Shown: positions 10,500 through 22,700, numbered from the stretch's first letter. The stretch is 55,921 nt of DNA from Octopus bimaculoides (GCF_001194135.2 NC_068984.1:138549675-138605595), one strand, 5' to 3'. The notes: generated by a model not told the origin, from the sequence alone. A program made the numbers and translations.

Positions 10500-10795
10500 G
10501 TAGATATTCGCCATTAATTACAATAGTTGAGTGGTTTGCTTTGATGTCCTTGTCAGTCTGGACAAGTATCTTCCATATCATGACAGAGAGTTCATTATGA
10601 CATACTGACTGGGTCTGGTACACGCTTATACCAACTCCACGTCGATATTTTGGCATATTGCCCATACAGTGGACGTAGCCTTAATACGCAATCATATTTG
10701 TGGTTAGATTCTGTCTTTGCAAGGACTAGTCAGCCAAAAATAATGTGATCAATCGTTTCTTTGTACTGATTGCATAGCCTGCAGTTGTTGTTAGC
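10500..10795 (-). pseudogene. Dong/R4-clade retrotransposon, CCHC knuckle region
   Basis: CRLCNQYKETIDHII and IWKILVQTDKDIKANH read on the minus strand, with stops. Confidence 0.7.
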
Positions 10796-11110
10796 CATTT
10801 GCTTTCATTATTTTGTTTTCTTTTTATTATTTTTATGGTTTGTTTGCACATGTGTATCTACATGTGTGTACGCACGCATGCATTTCTGTGTATTGGTATT
10901 GATTCTATACAACTAAAAATCAGACATTTCAGTTGTTTTCAGAAACTCAGCAATCACGCGATTTTATTCCCTTGCTGTCGAATCTTCCGGAATAATGGCC
11001 ATGACAAGGTCTATTTTATTCCACTATTTTTCCCCTTATTAATTTTGGAGTTCCTTTTTCATTTTGTCTTTTCTTTTAATTCTTTTTTTCTGATGATATG
11101 TGCATATCAT

Positions 11111-11287
11111 AGGCGAAGGAGTGGCGGTGTGGTAAGTAGCTTGCTAACCAACCACATGGTTCTGGGTTCAGTACCACTGCGTGGCACCGTGGGCAAGAGT
11201 CTTCTACTATAGCCTCGGGCCGACCAAAGCCTTGTGAGTGGATTTGGTAGACAGAAGCTGAAAGAAGCTCGTCGTATGTGTGTGTGT

Positions 11288-11328
<41 letters not shown>

Positions 11329-11577
11329 CGCGCGTATCTGTATGTTTGTGTGTCCGTGTTTGTCCCTCCAGCATCGCTTGACAACCAATGCTGGTGTGTT
11401 TATGTCCCCGTAACGTAGCGGTCCGGCTAAAGGGACCGATAGAATAAGTACTAAGCTTACAAAGAATAAGTAATGGGGTCGATTTGTTCGACTAAAGGCG
11501 GTGCTCCAGCATGGCAGCAGTCAAATGACTAAACGAATAAAAGAATAAAGACTAAAATAATAAAGACTAAAAGAATA
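11111..11577 (+). mobile_element. SINE family B, full length (tRNA head, CORE-like block, (TG)n, LINE-like tail)
   Basis: gtggcggtgtggtaag...gggttcagtaccactgcgtggcaccgtgggcaagagtcttc...cagcatggcagcagtcaaatgact. Confidence 0.85.
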
Positions 11578-11882
11578 TCTAAACCATTTTACTTCGATGC
11601 CGTTACCTTCTGCTTTCTGCTAAACTAATTCTTGAATTGTAAATACAGCTACAACATCGACTTTTCTGACACTGATGGTCCGGAATCTCATATAATCCGC
11701 ACTAATTCACACTTATGTACACAAACCTTTATTTCATTTAATTACCTAAATAAATCGAATATTTGTTTAATATAGAGTGTGTTGACCAAAGTGACCGCCC
11801 CTGGTTCGGAAAAAATCAATTATTCAGAAAAGCTTTGGAACCAAAAGTTCCGTAAAATCGATGATTAAAGTTATTAATACAG

Positions 11883-11995
11883 TTCTATATTTAAGAGATG
11901 AGGAATTATGTACATTATTTACATTATTTACATTTGACGGATATTTGTCCTCATCTTGTTTGTTGTTAACACGTTTCGGCTGATATACCCTCCAG
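11883..11995 (-). mobile_element. Family H tail, 5'-truncated within stem II
   Basis: Minus strand ctggagggtatatcagccgaaacgtgttaacaac...aattcctcatctcttaaatatagaac; abuts the Dong RT fossil. Confidence 0.8.
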
Positions 11996-13127
11996 TCTGT
12001 CTGTGTCGCTTTTGGGGTGGAGTATCCCATATCTAGTCAGCAACTTCCTCATCTTTCTGTCTAAGCTGTTTAGTTCGTTTATTATCCATGCGATTACCCC
12101 TGCTCCAGATCTAAATAGTGAAACCGCCTAGATGTTGATAGCTTCAATCTTATTCTGTCCGTTTTTTTTAATTTCGACTTAAGGATCAGCCTCAGTCTGC
12201 GCAAGTACACCACTATAAATTTTTTTGTCATTTCTATTTCCATCAATTTATCCATTTCCAAAATCCCCAAGTACTTATAGCCCGTCTCTTCTACCTGCTT
12301 CATAACTTCCATCGTTGGTATCGCTAGCCCGTTCATACATTTGATTTTGCCTCTCTTCAAGACTAACACACCACACTTTTTCAGCCCGAACTCCATTCTG
12401 ATATCAGCACTGAAAGTATACACCGTATCAACGAGGGAACTGACTTAAGATTCATCTTTATCATAAAGTTTGAGGTCATCCATGAATAACAAGTGGTTGA
12501 CCTTTTGTTGGCGGCTCTTGAATACATGCCCAGCTTTTGCTTTCCTCGGAATCAGTGTTAGTAGCAACATGCACAGTAAGTAAAAAGATCAGTGGGGACA
12601 GGCAGTCGCCTTGGAAGATGCCTCTCCTGATTTCTATTGCCCTAAACTGCTTCCGTATGCTGTCAGTTCCGTCCCCCACTTCGCCATACTTTTTCCAAGC
12701 AATCTCAACATTCAATGTAATACCAAATAGGTTCAAGAATGTGGGATCATATCGTACGTCTTACGATAATCGATGCATGACATGGCTAAGTTACTTTTCC
12801 TCCTCTTTCAGTCTCTAAGTACAGTTTTGTCTACCAGGAATTGATCCTTGGTACCTCTGCACTTACACTTGCAACCCTTCTGCTCGTGTGGCAGGACTCC
12901 ATTTTTTTCCAGATGTCCGTACATTGACTCTGCGAGTATTCCAGTCAATAACGTCTATATAAGTGGCAAGCAGGATATCGGTCTGTAATTGTGTACCATA
13001 TCGCCTTTTTCGATGTTTTTCAAGCACAGCACTGTCCTACCCATTGCCAACCACTCTGGTGTTACTTGGTCGGCGTTTAACAAGGGCTCTCGAAAGACAT
13101 TTTTGTGTTAGACCGAAAGAGAAGGGG
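11996..13127 (-). pseudogene. Dong/R4-clade reverse transcriptase fossil
   Basis: NYRPISCLP, IRRGIFQGDCLSPLIF, VNHLLFMDDLKLY, MEFGLKKCGVLVLKRGK, YKYLGILE, ILHPKA..D; multiple stops and frameshifts. Confidence 0.88.
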
Positions 13128-13130
13128 GAG

Positions 13131-13131
<1 letters not shown>

Positions 13132-13200
<69 letters not shown>
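13132..13200. repeat. (ATT)n tract between two Dong fragments
   Basis: Direct. Confidence 0.95.
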
Positions 13201-13201
<1 letters not shown>

Positions 13202-13440
13202 GCAAGTGCATGCTCATTTAGTTAGCCGGTCTCCTGTAATTTCGAGAGTTTTTCTTAGGATTAATGCAGATTATAAGATAGCACTTTTCTGCAGATCGAC
13301 AATGCGAATTTCAGTTCCAATTTCTTTCAGCCTTTTAGGCAGCATTTTGAGTTTTGTGCCAAGTGCATCCCTTACTAAAGGAATAATTGTTGTCTTGGCC
13401 TTCCAGTCTCCTCAGCTCTGTGGCTAGATCCTGATATCTC
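13201..13440 (-). pseudogene. Dong/R4-clade 3' end (RLE C-terminus)
   Basis: ERYQDLATELRRL and EIRIVDLQKSAIL*SALILRKTLEI, followed on the minus strand by (AAT)n. Confidence 0.8.
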
Positions 13441-13539
13441 TCAGCATGCCACCTCCTAGAGATTACGGAGATTGTTACGAATATCCGCTTCATTTGCATT
13501 AGGCCAAGTTCATTGAAGCTGGCTGGTACGAAACTCTAA

Positions 13540-13769
13540 GGCGGCGACCTGGCAGAAACGTTAGCACGCCGGGCGAAATTCTTAGCGGTATTTCGTCTGC
13601 CGTTACGTTCTGAGTTCAAATCCCGCCGAGGTCGACTTTGCGTTTCATCCTTTCGGGGTCGATAAATTAAGTACCAGTTACGCACTGGAGTCGATGGTAT
13701 CGACTTTATCCCTTTGTCTGTCTTTGTTTGTCCCCTCTGTGTTTAACCTCTTGTGGGCAATAAAGAAAT

Positions 13770-13773
<4 letters not shown>
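13540..13773 (+). mobile_element. SINE family A, full length
   Basis: ggcggcgacctggcagaaacgttagc...gttcaaatccc...tgtgggcaataaagaaataaga. Central block gtcgactttgc.tttcatcctttcggggtcgataaattaagtaccag resembles the Meta-type SINE domain as I remember it (unverified). Confidence 0.88.
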
Positions 13774-13815
<42 letters not shown>

Positions 13816-14761
13816 TGATATTAATATAAATTCAGGAAACTTAATTGATATCTTAAGTTTTATAAAACACACGTTCCAATAAATCATCTCACAAGATTAC
13901 GCAATCGTTCAGCGAAATTGCATAATCTTATCGATTCACATCGTCAGTGTTTTCAGCAAATAATACAAACTATAGCATTAAGTTTACACAGTATGTATCT
14001 CCGTTATTCAGATTATCCAAAACATCGATGATGTGATGGAATGTCGTGTGGTGGAGTGCTAAGTAATAGGACGATGTAAATGGAAGATAAGAAATGTCGA
14101 TATGAAGAAGATATTGAAGATAGTGGCTTTTCTTACATATTTAGGGAGACTCAGATACACCGTAGATAGCCCTGCACATATATACACACTAGCCTTACGA
14201 TACTCCCTGGGAGTTCATGGTATGAAATTCATTGTCATTGCTCCGATTTGGTCGCCAATGTCACGTATTTAGTTTAAAATGCAGTAACAATAGAGGGGGG
14301 TCAATGGATCCCCAATAAGGCGGTCCTTAAAAGATAGACCCCTTAGGACATTCTCTGGGATTAAGGGAGCTACTGGTCTGAGTTTAGTTGTCCTTGCACA
14401 AACGGTCTGGGGGGGGGGGAGTTAACGAACGTAAAAACGTAACGGACAGAGAAACATCACTCAAATATATATTAAAATTGGAGATGAGAGAAAGGAAGAA
14501 TTAACTTTGGAGCTACGCATGGTCAATAGTGACAACAACAACAACAACAACATCATCATCAACGGCAACTACAACTCCACCAACCAGAACGATGACAAAT
14601 TGGCAACAACCAACAGTAATAGCAATAATATCGTCAACAGTACAAAGCGCCATCGTCATCTATCAGAATTGAAGGTTGTTAATTGTCACTTTCTTTGTCG
14701 GGATCATAATATTAGTGATCCCGATTGAACATACCTGTACCAAATAAAAAAAAAAAGCAAA

Positions 14762-14990
14762 ATGGAAGAAAAACCCCATTTCATGTACAAGACTGAAAAA
14801 TATGAATTTCACCATCAGGTTGAGAGACTCTGACTGCAATGCCAAAGTCATCGCCATAGAGTTGGGTTCGAGATGGGGGGTTGTGGGAAAATCTGCTTAT
14901 AGTTTCTAGGAGAGAGAGGGCCAAAGTTCTTAAATCAATGGCAAGAGTAGCTGAGAAAAGTCCCAGCTGGATCTGGTCAAAGAAGAACGG
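14762..14990 (+). pseudogene. Hero-like RLE non-LTR retrotransposon 3' fragment
   Basis: KVIAIELGSR and ERAKVLKSMARVAEKSPSWIWSKK resemble the Hero-clade C-terminus. Confidence 0.55.
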
Positions 14991-15059
14991 AAAAGAATTT
15001 CAAAAGGCATTATTTACTCTACAATAAACCGACATCATAGACTAAACTGGTGACAACAC

Positions 15060-15240
15060 CTAAGGTATGTTAGCTGTGGGGCTTCTTAACCATATAGAAG
15101 GGTTGCAGTGTAGACAGTTGCACAGAATGTGGCAGCAGAGAGATATTCAGGGGTCATGGTCTGGATATAATCCAGCCCCCTTTGATTATAAGTTAAGGGC
15201 TGGATTTTTTCTTTGAAGATCTTCAGATGTTTAGCTCTGC
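15060..15240 (-). pseudogene. RTE-like LINE fragment
   Basis: FCATVYTATLLYG*EAPQLT resembles the post-RT LLYGSETWTL region. Confidence 0.35.
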
Positions 15241-15248
15241 TTAGAGTT

Positions 15249-15482
15249 TCTTATTTCTTTATTGCCCCCAAGGAGCTAAACACAGAGGGGACAAACAAGG
15301 ACAGACAAAGGGATTAAGTCGATTACATCGACCCCAGTACGTAACTAGTACTTAATTTATCGACCCCGAAAGGATGAAAGGCAAAGTCGACCCCGGCGGA
15401 ATTTGAACTCAGAACGTAACGGCAGACGAAATACCGCTAAGAATTTCGCCCGGCGTGCTAACGTTTCTGCCAGCTCGCCGCC
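15249..15482 (-). mobile_element. SINE family A, full length
   Basis: Reverse complement of the 13540-13773 copy with about 15 differences. Confidence 0.88.
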
Positions 15483-16097
15483 TTAGAGTTTCGTACCAGC
15501 CAGCTTCAATGAACTTGGCCTAATGCAGATGAAGCGAATATTCGTAAAAATCTCCGTAGTCTCTACGAGGCGGCATGTAGTGTACCACCCTTCCGCGCAT
15601 CTTCCACACTATATTTATCACACGCTATATTTATAAACACACCTACGCATACTGTACCGGATCTACACGAGAAGTTTTCCACCCAATATAAGTGAACACA
15701 CTCACACACACACACACACGCACAACCACCAATGCGCCTATGCATGCATATACACACATTCATCACAAGCGCCTTCTTTTCTATCACATACGGCAACTTT
15801 TAAAGTTACTACCTTTCTCCAGTCACTCGCCTACTCAGAGTTGCACATGAACTAATTTGTTTGTATGTATTCACATAAACAATGCTAAATTGTCTGATCA
15901 TTTTATGCAAGTTGATAAGATCCACTATATTTATCACTCGACTCGGTCCACGAACATAGAATTGCATTCCTCATTATACAGGAATGCACATTGCATTCCT
16001 CAAAAGTGCATAATTATTACGTGTGTTCTACGTTCATATTTTGGGCATTGTACATCCTTGATCAGACAATGTTCAGGCTGGTGAGTGAACTAAATTA

Positions 16098-16328
16098 TCT
16101 TATTTCTTTACTGCCCACAAGGGGCTACACACAGAGGGGACAAACAAGAACAGACAAACGGATTAAGTTGATTATATCGACTCCAGTGCGTAACTGGTAC
16201 TTATTTAATCGACCTTGAAAGGATGAAAGGCAAAGTTGACCTCGGTGGAATTTGAACTCAGAACGTAGCGGCAGACGAAATACCGCTAAGCATTTCGCCC
16301 AGTGTGCTAACGTTTCTGCCAGCTCACC
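16098..16328 (-). mobile_element. SINE family A
   Basis: Same family sequence. Confidence 0.85.
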
Positions 16329-16712
16329 ATGAACTAAATTATCCGTTGTCATACACCTCATCTTTCTTAGTAGTGTTATTATCCGGTAATGCATACAAAT
16401 GTTTTTGATCAAGTATAGGCGGGGTTGTATACATAAGTAGATTGGATGAGAAAGTGGGATCGTTCAGGGGTAAATATACAAGGGACTTTCGTGAATATGG
16501 TTTTAATAAATTATACCAAGTGTACGAAAACCATAAGAACTGAATGGCTATTATCCCCGTGTTAGTAAAAAGACCAGCACTGTACTAATGTTCTTCCTCG
16601 TAGTTTAGATAGTTCCTACTCCGCTAATTTCGGTAAGTTCTACATTTTCTGTGCGTGCAGCGTATCTCTAATTCACTACGTTCATTAAGAAGGTGTCTGT
16701 TGTTAGCTATTT

Positions 16713-17095
16713 TTGTTGGCACTCTGTCGCTTACGACGTCGAGGGTTTCAGTTGATCCGATCAACGGAACAGCCTGCTCGTGAAATTAACGTGCAAGTGG
16801 CTGAGCACTCCACAGACACGTGTATCCTTAACGTAGTTCTCGGGGATATTCAGCGTGACACAGTGTGACAAGGCTGACCCTTTGAATTACAGGCACAACA
16901 GAAACTGGAAGAAAGAGTCAGAGAAAGTTGTGGTGAAAGAGTACAGCAGGGTTCACCACCATCCTCTGCTGGAGCCTCGTGGAGTTTTAGGTGTTTTCGC
17001 TCAATAAACACTCACAACGCCCGGTCTGGGAATCGAAACCGCGATCCTATGACCGCGAGTCCGCTGCCCTAACCACTTGGCCATTGCGCCTCCAC
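16713..17095 (-). mobile_element. SINE family D, full length (tRNA head, possibly Arg-derived)
   Basis: Minus strand gtggaggcgcaatggccaagtggttagggcagcggactcgcggtc...ggtttcgattccc; homologous to 20983 and 33871. Confidence 0.88.
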
Positions 17096-17109
17096 AGTTG
17101 TTAGCTTAT

Positions 17110-17455
17110 ACCATCTCCAACACCTTGTTGCTACATACTGGTCCGTTAGTGACGCTGTGTGCAGTAGCGTGTGGAGGGCTGCCTGGTTGGTGTAACCTAG
17201 AAAGTTGTGTCACGTTCCACTCGGATCTGTGCTCTGCTTCAATGGGGCAAGCACAGCAGTTTTCCTTTGCCTGGTTGCTGTGACGAAAGAGGTTGTTTGG
17301 CAGACAAGGCTAAAAGGAATGAGAACAGATACATTCCTCTTTGGTAGAGCTCTCATTGTCTTCTTCAAGTTTCACTTGAAAAAGAAATAGAATGGAGAGA
17401 GAAGTGCTGTCGTCGAGTGAGTTTATTGAAAGGTGGGTGAAAGTTGCGAAACCAG
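17110..17455 (+). pseudogene. Tx1/L1-like LINE 3' fragment
   Basis: FLCLVAVTKEVVWQTRLKG...FFKFHLKKK resembles Tx1 ORF2 C-termini. Confidence 0.45.
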
Positions 17456-17470
17456 ACCCCGAGAAGTAAA

Positions 17471-17670
17471 GCATAAGGCCTGAAATTTGGAGGCAGGGAA
17501 GAAGTCGATATTATCGACCCCAGTGTTTCACTGGTACCAAATTTATCGACTCCGAAAGAATGAAAGGCAAAGTCGACTTTGGCGGCATTTGAACTCAGAA
17601 TGTAAAGACAGACGAAATACCGCTAAACATTTCACTCGGCGTGCTAACGATTCGGCCAGCTCACCGCCTT
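17471..17670 (-). mobile_element. SINE family A
   Basis: Family sequence. Confidence 0.8.
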
Positions 17671-17684
17671 TACTACTACTACTA

Positions 17685-17869
<185 letters not shown>

Positions 17870-18609
17870 TGATAAATAAATAAATGACAGGAATTCGCTG
17901 AGGTTATTACCACCATCCGGATATAGTTTATATTTATAAACGTTGACAAGTTAGTGGAAGAAGATTGAGTTCGTTGTTCTAAATTCGAGACCTTTTAATA
18001 CATTGAATAATTCCATCGTTCTGAGAGCTAAAAGAAATAAGTTTTGAACCTTTTCAAAAAAAACAGAAAAGTCTGTAAAACAAACGAAAGTGGAATAAAA
18101 AAGAATTTCATCTTCGAAGCATTTAGAAAACAACTTTAAATTACTGACATCCACAAATAATGTATTTCTCTAAACAGAATCTTTCTAATTTTGGCACAAG
18201 GCCAGCATTTTCTCTTTTTTTTTTTTGAGAGAGAGAGAGAGAGAGAGAGAAGGGGCTAGTCGATCACACCGACCCCCAAGTCTTAAATGGTACTTATTTT
18301 ATCGAAAGTATGACAGACAAAACCGACCGCACTGACATTTTAACTCAGAACGTAAAGATCCGGAAGAAATGCTGCTAAGCATTTTGTCCGGTGTGGTAAC
18401 GATGCTACTAGCTCACCGCTTTATATTTCACTTAATAAGAAAGAAAAACTTAAACGGCGAGCTGGCAGAAACGTTAGCACGAAAGGGCAAAATGCTTAGC
18501 AGTATTTCGTCCATCTTTACGATCAGAGTTCATATTCCACCGAGGTCGATAAAATACGTAACAGACGAGTACTGGGGTCGATGTAATCAAGTAACCCTTC
18601 TCCGGACCT

Positions 18610-19080
18610 CAGTAATGAACTCATTTGCATACAGCCAATCAGAGCTCACCTTGACCTTGTTGTCAAGTTGACAAACACACTCTACCAAGTTAACTTAAGA
18701 CAAAGAACGGTGTTGTAAGTCGACCGATCGCCAAGTTATGCCTGATTTTAAAAGGAGACAAGTAATTAGATAGATTTGCATCTATACCTACTATCAGATT
18801 TTGTTAGGGCCCCATATGGTAAAGATGCGGATGGGAAAAATGTGGGTAGATGGGAAAAATCTGGCTAGCAACACTCACCCCTTACTATTTTACAAAGTAA
18901 ACAACAACACAAATAACTACGCAGAGGCAGCCATGGTTGAAACAAGAACAAGAACAACAAGCATTATTAAAAGAGAAAAGAAACATGGTCATTCCTTACC
19001 CAAGTGACCTTATCTTATTGCCCATAAATTAGTTTGATAGTTGAGCTCTGACTGGTTGTATGCAAATGAGTTCATAACTG
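18610..19080. mobile_element. TIR-bounded element with octamer and CCAAT motifs in the TIRs
   Basis: 39-bp inverted repeats 18610-18648 and 19042-19080 (3 mismatches); no clear TSD. Confidence 0.7.
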
Positions 19081-19669
19081 GGGATCGGAACTCTCGTGGA
19101 AAAAAAACTTGCAGGCGGGATTCCTTGCAGTACCTTCAAGTTCTTTGCGTTCCGATTTCATATTTCGCCCCCAACTTTCGGCATTCTCGTAGAAGAGAAA
19201 ACGGACTCTTCTGGACTAGGTTAACGGTGATGTACCGCCGTCAATTGGATAAGCTTTTGAGTTGCGTCAATATGCATAAATGCGGACCCTAGTGTTTATC
19301 CAGCTTCTTGGTAGATAAGTATAGAGTTTTTTTTTTTTTTGTGATCTAGGATCCATAAGGCCGATTGCTTGGTTTCTGTAGAGTATGGAAATCACAATAT
19401 TCATTTGCACGGGACGCCGATCCGTTGCAGGATTCAAAGCTAGCAATTTTTGATCAGATGAAATAAGTCAATTACACCGATTCCAGTAGAAGTTTTTATT
19501 TTATTGACCTGGTACTTTATTTTATTGACCTCGAAAAGATGAAAACAAAATTTCAGAGCTTCCAGCTGCTAAACATTTTGACCTACGCACTAACTTTCCA
19601 ACCAGTTCGCCATTTTAAAACCTAAAACAGTAAAAAGTGAAAAAAAAAAAGAGAAAAAAGTTGTTATTA

Positions 19670-19907
19670 CAGTAATCCCTCGACTATCGCAGGTGTTACG
19701 TTCCAATACTCACTTCCACAGGTGAAAATCCCTGAAGTAGAAACAGTACTGTACTGTGCATATATATTTTTTTATTTTTATAATTTGCATATATTTGTTT
19801 TATTATAAATGTAAAACAATACCATGGAGGAATCGACGTAAGGTTAAATAATAAACCGCGATAGGTGAACCGCGATAGGTGAACCGCGATATGGCGAGGG
19901 AATACTG
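19670..19907. mobile_element. pogo/Tigger-like MITE
   Basis: TIRs cagtaatccctcgactatcgc and gcgatatggcgagggaatactg; TA on the left; subterminal tandem aaccgcgataggtg repeats. Confidence 0.8.
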
Positions 19908-20256
19908 TTTATGATTAATAACGTGCATATTTGAAACAGAAAACTTAAAATTTATAAAGTCAGCTGAGACTGGTGACGTTTATAGTTTCCTTTTTTAGTG
20001 GTTTAAATTACAGAATTCCAACTCAATTGTGGATCTTCAAGAACTTAGCTAGACACACGGATTCATCATGACAATAACTTTCTTTCCACTTAGCAGAATA
20101 CATATATAATCATATGACCAAAAGAAAGAGGATGTCGAATGATATAACATGCATGTTTTTTACGAAAAGAAAACGAGGCAATGTAAGTGGAATGAATTGA
20201 GCTCCAATATGAAATTAAATCGAATTGCAAACTCAGACCATCGGAATATTATTATT

Positions 20257-20670
20257 TTCTACTCTAGGCACAAGGCCCGAAATTTTGGGCGAGTGGGGGC
20301 AGTCGATTAGATTGACCCCAGCACGCAACTGATACTTAATTTATCGATCCGAAAAGATGAAAGGCAAAGTCGGCCTCGGTGGAATTTGAACTCAGAACAT
20401 AAAGACAGACGAAATACCTATTTCTTTACTGCCCACAAGGGACTACACACAGAGGGGACAAACAAGAACAGACAAACGGATTAAGTCGATTACATCGACC
20501 CCAGTGCGTAGCTGGTACTTAATTTATCGACCCCGAAAGGATGAAATGCAATGTCGACCTCGGCGGAATTTGAACTCAGAACGTAACGGCAGACGAAATA
20601 CCGCTAAGCATTTCGCCCGGCGTGCTAACGTTTCTTATTTCTTTATTGCACACAAGGGGCTACACACATG
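20257..20670 (-). mobile_element. Tandem or nested SINE family A copies
   Basis: Two body copies in tandem plus a third tail fragment. Confidence 0.8.
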
Positions 20671-20982
20671 CGCACAACATGTGCACCACCCAGTATGCTA
20701 ACGTTTCAGTCAGTGCGCCGCCTTTCGTCGGAATATTCTCGTGCTCCATTCGCATGCCACTTAATAGATAATAACCCATTGTATTGTCACAAGATCGGGA
20801 ATTTATTACAGAAGAGATAAAAATCATTTAGATTAACTTTAGTGTATTGTTGATGTCCTGGAAAGATAAATGACAAACATAATTCAGGCTGAAATTGAAC
20901 TTCAGAACTTAAACGACCGAAGCAAAACTTAATTGAATTAATTTATTTAATCTGCTTTTATCTTTCGCTACTTTTTTCTTGA

Positions 20983-21365
20983 GTGGAGGCGCAATGGCCC
21001 AGTGGTTAAGGCAGCGGATTCGCGGGCATAGGATCGCGGTTTCGATTCCCAGACCGGGCGTTGTGAGTGTTTATTGAGCTAAAACACCTAAAGCTCCACG
21101 AGGCTCCGGCAGGAGATGGTGGCGAACCCTGCTGTACTCTTTCACCACAACTTTCTCTGACTCTTTCTTCCAGTTTCTGTTGTGCCTGTAATTCAAAGGG
21201 TCAGCCTTGTCACACTGAGTCACGCTGAATATCCCCGAGAACTACGTTAAGGGTTCACGTGTCTGTGGAGTGCTCAGCCACTTGCACGTTAATTTCACGA
21301 GCAGGTTGTTCCATTGATCGGATCAACTGGAACCCTCGACGTCGTAAGCAACGGAATGCCAACAA
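20983..21365 (+). mobile_element. SINE family D, full length
   Basis: A-box tggcccagtgg, B-box ggtttcgattcc, tail ending gccaacaa. Confidence 0.88.
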
Positions 21366-21974
21366 CTTTTTTCTTGCAAAGTTTATTAGTATCNNNNNNN
21401 NNNNNNNNNNNNNNNNNNNNNNNNNNNNNNNNNNNNNNNNNNNNNNNNNNNNNNNNNNNNNNNNNNNNNNNNNNNNNNNNNNNNNNNNNNNNNNNNNNNN
21501 NNNNNNNNNNNNNNNNNNNNNNNNNNNNNNNNNNNNNNNNNNNNNNNNNNNNNNNNNNNNNNNNNNNNNNNNNNNNNNNNNNNNNNNNNNNNNNNNNNNN
21601 NNNNNNNNNNNNNNNNNNNNNNNNNNNNNNNNNNNNNNNNNNNNNNNNNNNNNNNNNNNNNNNNNNNNNNNNNNNNNNNNNNNNNNNNNNNNNNNNNNNN
21701 NNNNNNNNNNNNNNNNNNNNNNNNNNNNNNNNNNNNNNNNNNNNNNNNNNNNNNNNNNNNNNNNNNNNNNNNNNNNNNNNNNNNNNNNNNNNNNNNNNNN
21801 NNNNNNNNNNNNNNNNNNNNNNNNNNNNNNNNNNNNNNNNNNNNNNNNNNNNNNNNNNNNNNNNNNNNGTTGTTGACAAACTACGGCAGTAATTTTATTC
21901 AAGGGAAAAGATCCCATTACACCGCCAGAACGTGTTGTTGACAAACCACAACAGTAAGTGTTTTCACCTCAATA

Positions 21975-22160
21975 GACGTCAGTGATTGGTTGAAATTACC
22001 GAAATACGACAACTTTTAACATGAAATAACTTGGAATATAGAAACTTTTCTTAACAAGGCTAAGAGAAAAAGGTGTTTTATATGACACATTCTACCAGTA
22101 TCCCAAGTTTGAAAGTGTTTCATTAGAAAACAAATGGTGTCCGCCAAATCAGAAAGATCC
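21975..22160 (+). mobile_element. Second copy of the 4705-4890 repeat end
   Basis: gacgtcagtgattggttgaaattac.gaaatacgacaac...gaaagatcc shared with 4705-4890. Confidence 0.7.
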
Positions 22161-22559
22161 GTTTATTAAAGCGGGATTTAACTATAATCCTTTAAACCTG
22201 CGAGTACACTTCTGCGGGCACGATTTCGTTTGACTTTAATCGTGAAGGACGTAAAAGTGGACGGCTACATATTTTTATGTGAAGGTGCGTGGTCTAGTAG
22301 TTTGAATGTTACACTCGCGATTTACAAGATCGTGCGTGGTTTCGATTCCAAGCCTGGGTGGTGCACAGTGGCGGCTTGTGTAATAGGCCCTGCGGAACTG
22401 CAGCAACCCCTATTTCCACTCGATATTATCGATAACATTCAATATAATGAGCCCTTTTTTTAAAATTCTTTCTTTATACTTGTACATTGTATAATCCTTA
22501 AGCTTAATGTCAGTAGCCATCTCTTGGTTAATGAAAAAATACAAAATTCTTTATATAGA

Positions 22560-22700
22560 ACTGTGTGCTTCACAGTTCCAGCGATGCGGTGTTTGGCTGT
22601 TGTGCGCATTCTCACATGGCCGAGATAGGAAGCTACGCGCTAGGAAGAGAGAGCACTATGGTTCACGCACTGCCGACCCTGGTGTGCTGGTGAAAGGTAG
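22560..22700 (+). promoter_or_regulatory. CpG-rich non-repeat patch; candidate promoter or first exon
   Basis: Locally GC/CpG rich, not matched to any repeat in the window. ATG at 22616; possible donors CTG/GTGTGC (22681/2) and AAG/GTAGTG (22696/7). Confidence 0.35.
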
